A DNA stretch of 32,113 bases from Trichomonas gallinae (GCA_008369845.1 MRSU01007941.1:1-32113), one strand, 5' to 3'. Counted from the stretch's first letter, positions 18,732 to 28,490 are shown. Notes: generated by a model from the sequence alone, not told the origin. Numbers and translations are program-made.

Positions 18732-20084
18732 ATGCATTCGAAATCTATGGATCTCAAGAATGATGCGAAACTCTTCGATCTCCAAATTGGAGATACTGCG
18801 GACTCAGATACCTTAATGAGTATCGAGACAGGATCGATAAAGGATGACTTGCTAGCTATCTTCCTTTATCTGCTTATCCTTGTTTCAACAGCAGTCGCTG
18901 GATACTACGGGCCAAAACTCTATAAATCAGGCACAATAGATATCAAGTACCACCAATCTATTTACCTAGGACCAAGAAATCGTTACTTAAAATTAAATCT
19001 GATAATGAATGTTGAAAAACCAACTGGAACAGACCAGGTTCAGCTCCAATTTGATTATGCTATTAAATTCAATAAGAAAGGACAGGAAGTCAAAGAAGTT
19101 AAACAGCATTTTCACAATTATGTTGGGATTTTACCAAATGAAACAGTTACTAAGCCATTCGAGTTCTTCTATGACCCATTTGTCAAATATGACGAGGCTG
19201 ATGTTCTAATTACTTTCGATAAAGCGAGTTCATATACTGGCGGAAGTTTAATTTGGGAAACACTTGATGGAAACCACGCATTCTTCAATATATGGCTTCG
19301 TGCTATCTTTATTGTTTCTACGATTATCGTTCTCGCACTTTTCATGACAAGAATTTTTTATGCCCCTGGATACAATTTCGAGCAGATTATTACAAGCGGC
19401 ATGGGACTCATTGCTATATATGGAACAAATCCACTTTACATTCTTCTTGTTTTCTTCCCTCATCAGCTCTTTTCATATGTTGAAGACTTAGCTTTAGGAA
19501 TTTCACCAATTGCTGTCATTGGAACATTGACACTGATCTTGTTGAACACAGCATTAAAGCAAAAGAAAGAAAAATTGACCAGTTTAATTCCAATTTTACT
19601 TTACTTCGTAATTTTCACTGCTGTTTCACTCTTCAAGGAATTTGGCAAGGAGCGCTTCTTCTCGGACAATTTTGTTGGTTTAATTTCAATAATTTACAAT
19701 GTATTATTCGGAATTTCAGCCATAACCATTTTGGTTCTTGCAGCAGTTAGCTTTTTCCAGACTGATGAATCAGAAAAGCGAAAAATTGTTGTTTATTCAA
19801 TCGTTGCCGTTTTGACATTGTTTTTCTTCGCCTTTTCACTTGCCATTGAGAATCCAAGATTTAACTCAACATGCGGAATGGCAATCAAGATCGCTCAAAT
19901 CCACTGCTATGCAATTCTCCTCATTTACTTCCATTGGCCATACGAAGCATCTATTGACCAACAGTATAACGAAGGATTCAACACTAAGGATGTCGAAGAT
20001 TTCGAGCCATCAGTCGATGAGGAACAAATCAACAAGATGCAGATTAATATCGAAGAATCTGATCAGCATATCGAACAAGCTTAA
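18732..20084 (+). CDS. TMEM181/Wntless-like multi-pass membrane protein
   Basis: The start is ambiguous (18675, 18732 or 18747). N-terminal TM ending GYYGP, a luminal beta domain, then about 7 TMs. FNIWLRAIF and FEQ...NPLYIL resemble TMEM181 EIWFRFFF and IEQ...NDPFFPL. Confidence 0.65.
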   Translation: MHSKSMDLKNDAKLFDLQIGDTADSDTLMSIETGSIKDDLLAIFLYLLILVSTAVAGYYGPKLYKSGTIDIKYHQSIYLGPRNRYLKLNLIMNVEKPTGTDQVQLQFDYAIKFNKKGQEVKEVKQHFHNYVGILPNETVTKPFEFFYDPFVKYDEADVLITFDKASSYTGGSLIWETLDGNHAFFNIWLRAIFIVSTIIVLALFMTRIFYAPGYNFEQIITSGMGLIAIYGTNPLYILLVFFPHQLFSYVEDLALGISPIAVIGTLTLILLNTALKQKKEKLTSLIPILLYFVIFTAVSLFKEFGKERFFSDNFVGLISIIYNVLFGISAITILVLAAVSFFQTDESEKRKIVVYSIVAVLTLFFFAFSLAIENPRFNSTCGMAIKIAQIHCYAILLIYFHWPYEASIDQQYNEGFNTKDVEDFEPSVDEEQINKMQINIEESDQHIEQA

Positions 20085-20938
20085 ATATGTTATAAAAGAA
20101 ATATTTGTTATTATATGAATAAACCGTGTATTACAGAATATCGCATATTCATCTATTATACTTTTGTCAAATCTGATACTTTACATCAGAAATAATTTAA
20201 CTTTTGCTTATGTAATCTAAACATCTAGAATGAAGAAATAATCTTTTTAAATCCTGTTGGAGCAAAGGAAAATGAGGAAGTTGAAAATGAAATTTGGTAT
20301 TAGCTGTGATTTTCCACTGATGCGAGAGGCAACAGCAGGAAGCATACGCTGTACTTTATATACTAATCCTTTATTTTGGATGATTAATTGTCGGTGATAT
20401 ATTATTTGCTCGTTAAATTGTGAATATTTATAGGAACTAATTTAATTATTGTATATTAATTAATGAAATAAGCAGATATATATAAGTATTTAAACGATAG
20501 CTACAATTGATTTTGGAATTTTGATGTTGTCAAAAGATTTTTATTAAGGTTATAACTTTATACTTTATGTTCTTTTGGAAAACACAAATTTATATCAAAA
20601 TAAATTGAACAAATGGGATACAATTTATTTTGCAGTTTTGTACAGAAATTATCAAAATAACTCCGATGTAATCTATATTGTATTATCTAACATCAAGTAT
20701 ATATTGCTATATTTATGTTAAAATAGTTCTGTATAAGATATTGGTGATCGAAATTCTCACTTTTGGACAGCGCGATTCGGTATTTTTAACCTTATTTCAT
20801 CAATGAAATTATAAACTGACACAGTGATTTTTCCTTATTAAAACGCTTTTTAAGACAAAGGAAACAAACAAAGAAAAAATCAGTTTATTAAGCCGCTTTT
20901 TTTGCTAAAAAAGGAAAAAATAATTTTTTTTTATACAA

Positions 20939-23080
20939 ATGAGAGGAAGAGCGAGCGATGCAGGTGCACGCGTCCAGGGAGGAGGCGAAAAGATCTTCGG
21001 AGCGCCACCAAAACAGATGAGGCGCGAGTCTGAAGCATCTATACTTAACCGCCAATCTGGAATTCCTACGAAAAAGACTTCGAAGGCGGACAAATCTTCT
21101 GCTCTTGTTGTTTGTTCGGCACAAAATGGTCCAACAGCATACGAAAAGCAAAATTTAATATCAGATCGTTCTAAAAATTCAAATTCGAGAAATTCAAACC
21201 GCGATTTTGACGATGATGAAGACTTTGTATTCACAACAGATAACATCAGAGCATCAAATACTCCGGATTCAGAGCAAAAACGTTTCCAGCCTAGAGGAAG
21301 AGCAACTCCATCTCCAAAGATCAACGACGACGCATTAGATGGCGACGAGGGCGATGAACCAATCGAAATAGTTTATAACCATGGCAGAAGGAGCAGCGGA
21401 ACTCCTTCTAGAAAGGTTTCAACTTCTTCAAGAAGACGCAGCTCAAATAACACACAAAACTCTATTCAGATCGAACAGGAAATGGACGAGGATGAAGATG
21501 AAGACGACGGTCAATCTCGTTCTACACAGCGTTCCGTTACAATTAATAAAAATGATGAAGAAAAAGAAGATGCTACAGAGCACTCACACAGACACCATAG
21601 ACGCCATTCCAGATCCGGCAGATCACACCGCCGCCACCGCGAAGACTCATATGCTGATGAACAAAATGCAGAAAATACAGGCAAGGAAGGCGAATTAGAA
21701 GCCGGCCAGAATGCCTCAGAAGAGGAAGAGCAATTCGAAGACGAAGACGTTAAGCCGAAATCTATTCTCAAGAAGAATTCAGCTCCAAATACACCAGTTA
21801 AGGACGACAAGGCTGATATCGAGGAGGAGACAAAGGTTAACTTGTTTGAAGGCATCCTTGACCAACTTGCTTCTGTCCAAGATTCTGCCATGTCTAAAAT
21901 TTCACAGTGGCAGCGCCATCTCCTTAACTTGTTGACTCCACTCGAGGAGCAGCAGTTACAGCGCTGGTATTTATTGACCACTGCTTATCTTGAGCAGCAG
22001 GGAATTACACATGACGAGAAATCCCTCGAATTCCGCGAAGAACTTGATGCTATTGTCGAAGTCATCATGCAGAAGCACGGATTCACAACTCTCCAGGGCG
22101 TTCTTCATCGTATGAGAGTATTCATCACTGGTCCTCGCAAATCAGGCAAATCTACACTTTTATCACTCACAGCCCAGCGTGCACTCATCGAACTCGCCGC
22201 TGGATCAGAGTGGAAGCACACTTTTGTCTTCGCATACGATTTCGCCTCCAACTCACACACAGTCCACGACGTCGCCGAGATGTACAAGACATTTGTCAGA
22301 GCCACATTTGCAGGCCTCTCAGCACAGCGCCCACTTCTCTCAGAGCACGCTGCTGCCCTTTCCAAGGCTTTCTGCGACATCGTCGATGGAAATCCACTTC
22401 TTCCTAAGTCATTCACAGCTTCCAATGACTTCAGGTTGTTAGTTCCTGCCCTCAACAACCTCATCACCATCATCCAGGAATGCCTCCGCGTCGAAGACAA
22501 GTCTGTTTTCATCGCAAACGCTGTCGCATTCCCTCAGTTGGTTTCACAGATCTTCGGATTCGACAGAGTCCTTGTCATCGCAGACCACTTCGACAGCTTC
22601 GCCGCTGAGATGACACCAGCCGAGCTCTACGTCGTTGAGAACGTCAAGATTCTCCTCAACACATCCAACTTCATCTGCGCGGCCCAGGACCAGCAGAGAG
22701 CGGCAGAATGCATGAAACCAGCCGATATCGATGGAGTTGACATCACCCAGTCAATCTGCAAGCTCTCAACTCTCGATGTCGTCAACGAGGATCCATTCGA
22801 CGGAACAGAATACACACTCACCGTCGAGAACAATCCAAGAAAGCTCCAGATCTCATTCCCGCTCTTCGGTGGATGCGCGGCTTTCTTAGTTATGTGGCGC
22901 GAGTTGAACGAGCTCTCTCAGAAGTTCGAGGCTGCACAAGGAGCCGAGGATGACCAGGGAGAGGACGCCGAGGAGATTGAGATCCTGCTCGTCAACAAGG
23001 CGACTGATATTTTCAACGCCCTCACCGAGGGAACAAGTGATGTTGTTGTGACTGCTGTGAATAAGATGCATAAGAAGTAA
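20939..23080 (+). CDS. Hypothetical protein with a long disordered N-terminus and a P-loop NTPase-like domain
   Basis: 713 aa. About 300 aa of Ser/Arg/acidic low complexity including a His/Arg tract, a Walker A VFITGPRKSGKST (about 22118-22156) and a candidate Walker B VLVIAD (about 22568-22585). Confidence 0.8.
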   Translation: MRGRASDAGARVQGGGEKIFGAPPKQMRRESEASILNRQSGIPTKKTSKADKSSALVVCSAQNGPTAYEKQNLISDRSKNSNSRNSNRDFDDDEDFVFTTDNIRASNTPDSEQKRFQPRGRATPSPKINDDALDGDEGDEPIEIVYNHGRRSSGTPSRKVSTSSRRRSSNNTQNSIQIEQEMDEDEDEDDGQSRSTQRSVTINKNDEEKEDATEHSHRHHRRHSRSGRSHRRHREDSYADEQNAENTGKEGELEAGQNASEEEEQFEDEDVKPKSILKKNSAPNTPVKDDKADIEEETKVNLFEGILDQLASVQDSAMSKISQWQRHLLNLLTPLEEQQLQRWYLLTTAYLEQQGITHDEKSLEFREELDAIVEVIMQKHGFTTLQGVLHRMRVFITGPRKSGKSTLLSLTAQRALIELAAGSEWKHTFVFAYDFASNSHTVHDVAEMYKTFVRATFAGLSAQRPLLSEHAAALSKAFCDIVDGNPLLPKSFTASNDFRLLVPALNNLITIIQECLRVEDKSVFIANAVAFPQLVSQIFGFDRVLVIADHFDSFAAEMTPAELYVVENVKILLNTSNFICAAQDQQRAAECMKPADIDGVDITQSICKLSTLDVVNEDPFDGTEYTLTVENNPRKLQISFPLFGGCAAFLVMWRELNELSQKFEAAQGAEDDQGEDAEEIEILLVNKATDIFNALTEGTSDVVVTAVNKMHKK

Positions 23081-23400
23081 AGTTTGATTTTTTTTTGATA
23101 TAATAATTAACAAATCATTTTTTTACATCACCCACAATTAAATTCATCATAATTATCCATTAAAATTACCAAAATATAATTTTAAATTTTTTAAATTATA
23201 GGATTTTGAGGAATTTTATATGGTAAATTATTTATATTTGATTAAGAGGGGTTAATATATTGATAGATTTAAATTAATTTTGAAATAAAATTTGGAAATT
23301 TTCATTGTAGTGCTGAATTGAGATAAAAATTCAATAGTATTCATGTATATGATTATAATGATTAAATCAGAAATTAAAAAAAGCAATCATTTTTTTTCCG

Positions 23401-23712
23401 ATGAGTTCTAAAGATATCACGAAACAACAAAAGTTGGATGTTACAACAGATTTGATCAGGAGAGTTGCTTCAATCGAAACAGAGCACAACCAGTTCAATC
23501 CTGACATTGATACTCCTTATCATCAATATATGGTATTTAATCAAAAGGTCGCCCAAATGTTTACACCGGAAGATATTTCCCGCATTCTTGACCATTTCAA
23601 TTTCAAGACCAAAAAGCCAGCTAATGGCACGATTCCTTTAGTAATTATCGCAAACTTGGCATTTAACCAGTTAAGGACACAAGTTGAGAATTTTGAGAAT
23701 TCACAACACTAA
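23401..23712 (+). CDS. Small hypothetical protein (103 aa)
   Basis: ATG-initiated ORF with Inr TCATTTT at about 23387 and coding-like composition within AT-rich flanks. Confidence 0.65.
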   Translation: MSSKDITKQQKLDVTTDLIRRVASIETEHNQFNPDIDTPYHQYMVFNQKVAQMFTPEDISRILDHFNFKTKKPANGTIPLVIIANLAFNQLRTQVENFENSQH

Positions 23713-23943
23713 TAAATTCGATATTAGAGCTGTTTATTGATAATAACAAAAATTTTAATTCTACAAGATGTTATTAATCTTTAATACTTAAAGAATAAAG
23801 GTAAAAATCCATTTAAATCCACCTACACATATTAATTCCACCCTAAATACATGAATTACACTTTTTCAAGAAATATAAACAAATATTGTAAATGATTTAG
23901 AAGTCATTTATATCTGGCAATATTATTTACTTGATTTGCATAT

Positions 23944-24360
23944 TTAATGTATGTATGAGAAAAAGCATAATCTAATAATTTGAAAAATACAAAAAAATAA
24001 AAAAAATTTAGAAGCTGTTCTGTTGTAATAGTCTTTTGCGTTGATACCTATTCCATGAACTGTGAGAAGGAGTATGATAACTTCATGACGACCTTCATTT
24101 GAAGCCCAAATCAAAGCTGTTTTGTTTTCTTTGTCATTTGAGTTGACATCTATTCCATGAACTGTGAGAAGGAGTTTGACAACTTCTTGATGACCTCCCA
24201 TTGAAGCACAACACAAAGCTCGATTAACATCAAAATGCTGAATTTTGAGGATAAGTCTGACAAAATCTGAATTATTGAGAGTTGCAATGTTATAATTACT
24301 TTTTACACCAAATTCTATAATGAATCGAGCTAGCTGGAGATTCTTTGATTGAAAAATATA
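23944..24360 (-). pseudogene. Truncated ankyrin-repeat gene
   Basis: The frame reads ...DFVRLILKIQHFDVNRALCCASMGGHQEVVKLLLTVHGIDVNSNDKENKTALIWASNEGRHEVIILLLTVHGIGINAKDYYNRTAS, then runs into AT-rich non-ankyrin sequence. It is open upstream to a stop near 24382 with no N-terminal ATG. Confidence 0.8.
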
Positions 24361-24546
24361 TAGATAAAAATATAACCAAAATCAAACATTGGTCCTCTGA
24401 ATATAAAAAATAACAGATATAGAGATTATATTTTTGATGTATAGATGCTAAAATATGCATAAATAATGCAAGGAATGATAATATTTGCCATGTAAAATGT
24501 AAATGACAAAAAGACAAAATTTTAATTGAGGGGATTACGATAATTC

Positions 24547-24564
24547 CGGTTTGGTCGTTCCTTT
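24547..24564 (+). promoter_or_regulatory. M5 (CCTTT) start-site motif with an upstream M3-like CGGTT for RPL21
   Basis: CCTTT at 24560-24564, 3 nt before the ATG, and CGGTT at 24547-24551 (imperfect M3). M5 is the known alternative to Inr in T. vaginalis ribosomal-protein promoters. Confidence 0.65.
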
Positions 24565-24567
24565 CCT

Positions 24568-25047
24568 ATGGGTCATTCTGAAGGCCTTCGCCACGCTACC
24601 CGTTATCTTTTCGCTCGTAAGTTCCGCAAGCACGGAGCTCCAGCACCATCAATCACACTCCGCACATTCCGTATTGGCGACATCGTCGAAATTAAGGTTA
24701 ATGGTGCTCTCCACTCTGGCATGCCACACCGCATCTACCACGGTGCTACAGGCATTGTCTGGAACGTCTCCCCACACGCTGTCGGTATCCTCGTAAAGCG
24801 CCGTGTCAACAACCACATCGCACCAAAGCGCATCTACGTCCGCACAGAGCACGTCTTCCACTCCAAGAGCAAGAACGACTTCATCGCTCGCTGCCAGGCT
24901 AACCTCAAGGCCCACGAAGAGGCTAAGAAGGCTTCTACAAAGATCGCTACACCAAAGCGCCTTCCAGCTCAGCCACGTGAGGCTCATGTTGTCAAGCCAG
25001 AGCTCATCCAGACAATCACAAACGCTCCATTCCGCGAGAACTGGTAA
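24568..25047 (+). CDS. RPL21: 60S ribosomal protein L21 (eL21)
   Basis: GLRHATRYLFARKFRKHG...GDIVEIKVNGALHSGMPHRIYHGATG...KRIYVRTEHV is the eL21 signature. Strong bias to C-ending codons, as in highly expressed genes. Confidence 0.98.
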   Translation: MGHSEGLRHATRYLFARKFRKHGAPAPSITLRTFRIGDIVEIKVNGALHSGMPHRIYHGATGIVWNVSPHAVGILVKRRVNNHIAPKRIYVRTEHVFHSKSKNDFIARCQANLKAHEEAKKASTKIATPKRLPAQPREAHVVKPELIQTITNAPFRENW

Positions 25048-25389
25048 ATGAAATATGATTTTTTTATTTTCAGAAATCGACCATTTTTCTACCTACCAAA
25101 TCGAAATAAATACATTTTCTAATATAAAAATCTTTGAACAATGTCACATAACTTTTTGAAAAAATATCTCAAAAATTTTCTTGCTTTTCTACTTATATTC
25201 ATTGTGATTCTGATAAATACTCACAAAATCTCTCTATTTTTACTGCTTTTGGTCATGTATTGCGTGATATAATTTATTTTGAATATTAATAACAAAAATG
25301 AGCAACTTAATGATTAGATATTGATTCATTTTTAGTTACATGTTGATTTACAATAACTATTGTCTATTTTTAAAAAGTATCAATGTTTG

Positions 25390-25492
25390 TTTAATCTTGA
25401 CTTTAGTGTTGATATCTATTGCAGAAACAGTGAGTAAAAATTTGACAACATCATGATGACCGTTTCCGAGGCATAAATCAAAACATATTTGT
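25390..25492 (-). pseudogene. Frameshifted single ankyrin-repeat remnant
   Basis: Reads KYVLIYAS / NGHHDVVKFLLTVSAIDINTK across a frameshift. Same LLTVxxIDxN subtype as the other fragments. Confidence 0.7.
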
Positions 25493-25658
25493 TTTATCCC
25501 AATATTTTATCCTAATATTTAATTTAAATCATTGTTTTTTCCCATAACAATCTATTCATAACTCACAAATTTAAGATTTACACAGTTATTTATAATGAAA
25601 AGTGTTGATTTTCCTGATAAACAAAAATCACTTTAATAATAAAAAATAAATCTATAAA

Positions 25659-28067
25659 TTAATATTTCTTGCTGTAGAATCCGAGTTCAGATGTCTTCGC
25701 TGTTTTCTCAGCCTCAAGGAGGTGCCTGATCAGCTCGCCGTATATAGGATGGTCAGTGTCTGGTATATCTCTGCCAGGCTTCGCTGCGCCATCTCTTATC
25801 ATTAAATATTGCACTGACATCGACTCCAAAGTTTCGCCGACAGTCAAAACAACTTCAGGAGACGAAGCAGTCTTAACGACATGCGCGTGAAGTGGCTGCC
25901 TGTTTCCTAACATATTGTGCAGATATTTGACAACAAGATCCTGATTAGTGTCAAAGAGTGACAAGAAAGCTAACTTCATTGTCATTCCTATTGCTTGAAT
26001 ATTCGAAAGATTGTCTGTTATTCTGCGCAATTCTTCGACTAACGCTTTAACGCAGAAACCGAAATCAATTAAATGCAATAATACCGCGTGTCCTTCTACT
26101 CTTTTAACCATCGCTCTATAAGCGAAATTATTTCTTACGAACAATACCAAAATTCCTGGCTTCGGGTTCATCATGAATTCGAGCGATTCGAATCTTATCG
26201 CGTTCATGGAGCTCTGCTTTGTTTGAACAGCGACAGTCAGTGGGTCAATGACTTTAGTGATATAGACGCTGACTAATGCTGGTGGCTGGGGTGGAATTGG
26301 GAATAATCTCTTCGTTCTCGACCAGTCGCCGACTTTTGCTTCTGCCGCCATTTTTTCGTATTGTTTTAGGTGAGACTCTTTGAGTAACTTAACATATCCG
26401 TTCTTTAACAGGTCAATTCTAATGTCAGTCATTTGCTCTCCAATGCCGAAGTAGCCGCTGATTGTTCCGTTGGCGACATCTGAGCCGCTGATTGTGAAAA
26501 TCACTTCTCTGTTTAAATAATTCGTCCTAAGATAGTCAACGGCAACTTCTGTCACGTATTCTTCAGGCGAAAACGCTTCTATGTCTTTCAGTGTGAACAT
26601 TACCCTGTAGTTTGTCTCAAGTATATCAATAAGGAAGCTCATAGGCGAGTAAACGGCCATGATAACACCGTGTTTTTTGCTGTCAGCGGAAACTTTCACG
26701 AATTCAAGGAGCTGCATATCTGTTGGTACTGCGAATGTTATCGCCCTTCTCTGCACCGGCGGTGTTTTAGGCACAGCTGACTCTATGAGCTTCATGCCTT
26801 TGGGAGACTTAATGACGCCTGATGCACAGATTGTCGCTAAGCCATGTTTCACTAAATATTCTTGAATCATTTGCTCGGAATTCCCTTGACCTTTGATATA
26901 AACAGTGCCGTAATTTATGCCCTGGAATGTATCGTTTACCTCAACGCGAACGACTTTTCCGACTTGTTCGCGAAGAAATTCGAATGCTTCGTAGCCGCCT
27001 TGTTCTGAGTCGACAGAAATGCCGAAATTCGGTACTGCTATTGCATTTAGTGTGATAACGTATTCGCGTTGTGTCTCTTTTGGTCGGATTGATAATTTCG
27101 ATGACGTAATTACTTCTATGATTGTTCCTTCGAATTCTGTTGGTATTGGTGGATCATGTAATGGTGGATATGATTGCCATAAGCCATGTTTTCTTGATAT
27201 TGCACGTTTTTCAAAGACTTCTAAATTATCTGAATCTGATCTTAAGAAGCTTGTTGCCTCATTTAACATTGCATAGCCTTTCTGTAGTAATATAGATGCA
27301 AGATCATGCCCATTTACTGTAATAACGCCAACAAGCATTTTCTTTTTATTAATTTGTAGAATGCGAACTCTCAAATGCTCCGAAAGAAGCAAATCTGCCA
27401 AGAATTTGTTGACTTGCAAGCGCAAATCGGGCGGCATCGAAGGCATGAAAATTCCGCAAACTTCAAGCTCAACGATAGCTGTATCTTCTGGTAAATAAAG
27501 TGTCGCGATGCAGTTGTTGTCGAAGTCTGTTAAAAAAGCAGAGAATTCTGTTTCTTCCTGGTAAATAGTCTCAATAACTGGAGCAGTAACCTCCAGTTTC
27601 TTCGACGATGACCAAATTCCGAGATTTTTGCTCTTTGCTAATTTTGCGAGCGGTGCAAGTCTGTCTGAATCGAAATCGTTGATGTGTTTAGCGCAGCCGT
27701 TTGCGATCAGCCTTTCGCAGACGTCTTTGCCGTCATTTGCCGTGCGCACTTCTGTTGTAATGACATCGAGCTCTCCAATAAGGGGAACTTTGATCAATTC
27801 TGTAGAACGAGAGATTTCGGGTGTTCGAATTAATACGATTTTCGACTTTAAAATGCTTCGAAGAGACTTCCACGATTCAATTCCAAATGGCTCATCAATA
27901 CCAGATGAAGTGAAAAACGATAGATTCGGTGCTTGGCATCCAGCAATCTTAATCACTTTGTTTCCTTGCTCAAAACCGGTGTATTTGATGCATATGGTGT
28001 CACCAGAAAGTACCGCAATAACTGACGCCCTTCTCCATTCAAAATTAGGAGTTTCAGAGTCAGTCAT
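25659..28067 (-). CDS. SND1: Tudor staphylococcal nuclease (Tudor-SN/SND1)-like protein, divergent
   Basis: Likely start MTDSET at 28067. Four SN-like domains (VIAVLSGDTI...DEPFGIESWKSLR; AKSKNLGIWS; AISRKHGLWQ; AAEAKVGDWS), then a Tudor (YRAMV...LIDFG) embedded in a fifth SN (AEKTAKTSELGFYS). Confidence 0.85.
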   Translation of the reverse strand: MTDSETPNFEWRRASVIAVLSGDTICIKYTGFEQGNKVIKIAGCQAPNLSFFTSSGIDEPFGIESWKSLRSILKSKIVLIRTPEISRSTELIKVPLIGELDVITTEVRTANDGKDVCERLIANGCAKHINDFDSDRLAPLAKLAKSKNLGIWSSSKKLEVTAPVIETIYQEETEFSAFLTDFDNNCIATLYLPEDTAIVELEVCGIFMPSMPPDLRLQVNKFLADLLLSEHLRVRILQINKKKMLVGVITVNGHDLASILLQKGYAMLNEATSFLRSDSDNLEVFEKRAISRKHGLWQSYPPLHDPPIPTEFEGTIIEVITSSKLSIRPKETQREYVITLNAIAVPNFGISVDSEQGGYEAFEFLREQVGKVVRVEVNDTFQGINYGTVYIKGQGNSEQMIQEYLVKHGLATICASGVIKSPKGMKLIESAVPKTPPVQRRAITFAVPTDMQLLEFVKVSADSKKHGVIMAVYSPMSFLIDILETNYRVMFTLKDIEAFSPEEYVTEVAVDYLRTNYLNREVIFTISGSDVANGTISGYFGIGEQMTDIRIDLLKNGYVKLLKESHLKQYEKMAAEAKVGDWSRTKRLFPIPPQPPALVSVYITKVIDPLTVAVQTKQSSMNAIRFESLEFMMNPKPGILVLFVRNNFAYRAMVKRVEGHAVLLHLIDFGFCVKALVEELRRITDNLSNIQAIGMTMKLAFLSLFDTNQDLVVKYLHNMLGNRQPLHAHVVKTASSPEVVLTVGETLESMSVQYLMIRDGAAKPGRDIPDTDHPIYGELIRHLLEAEKTAKTSELGFYSKKY

Positions 28068-28088
28068 TTTTTGAATTTGAAATTTCTT

Positions 28089-28096
28089 GTCACTTT
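28089..28096 (-). promoter_or_regulatory. M2 motif AAAGTGAC upstream of Tudor-SN
   Basis: + strand GTCACTTT is AAAGTGAC on the - strand, about 22 nt upstream of the ATG at 28067. It matches a described T. vaginalis core-promoter motif. Confidence 0.6.
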
Positions 28097-28151
28097 TATG
28101 ATTTTCAATGGCAAATGTCAAATTCACTTCAATTCATGTCAATTTTCCAAT

Positions 28152-28490
28152 TTTACACGACAAAAATTATGTTTCTGAACTTTATTTGTCAAATAACATA
28201 TTTTTCAAATTTTATTTGACAAACTTTTTTTACACGACAAATATGCAATTTTTGAAAGGTTTATTTAACAAAAATATTTTTACACGACAAAAATTTATTT
28301 CTGAACTTTATTCAAAAATTTATTTATTTTACATGACAAATATATTCTTTTTGAAATATTTATTTAACAAAAAATTATTTTACACGACAAAATTTGTATT
28401 TCTAAACTTTATTTGACAAAATCTAATTTACTTGACAAATGGTGTATTTTTGAAAAGTTTATTTAACAAAAATATTTTTACATGACAAAT
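28152..28490 (-). repeat. About 50-bp-period minisatellite carrying TGTCRTGTAAA in the Tudor-SN/VPS33 divergent promoter
   Basis: + strand TTTACAYGACA-type cores at 28152, 28229, 28279, 28328, 28379, 28427 and 28477. Degenerate TTTATTTRACA copies fall between them at 28211, 28260, 28359, 28408 and 28458. Confidence 0.9.

Noticed and set aside
20250..20355. Small GC-elevated intergenic patch
   Set aside because: Only a short frame (PVGAKENEEVENEIWY*) with no convincing structure or family motif.
24296..24517. 73-aa hydrophobic ORF on the - strand
   Set aside because: Non-ATG start and an AT-driven F/I/L/Y composition. It overlaps the ankyrin remnant and the RPL21 upstream region.
28108..28416. 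102-aa ORF on the + strand
   Set aside because: It translates the AT-rich minisatellite (repeating FYTT/LFNK). The composition is non-coding and it lies in a divergent promoter.
28152..28490. CRISPR-like repeat-spacer appearance (also at 376-562)
   Set aside because: Cores are only about 11 bp and degenerate, spacers resemble one another, there are no cas genes and the context is eukaryotic.
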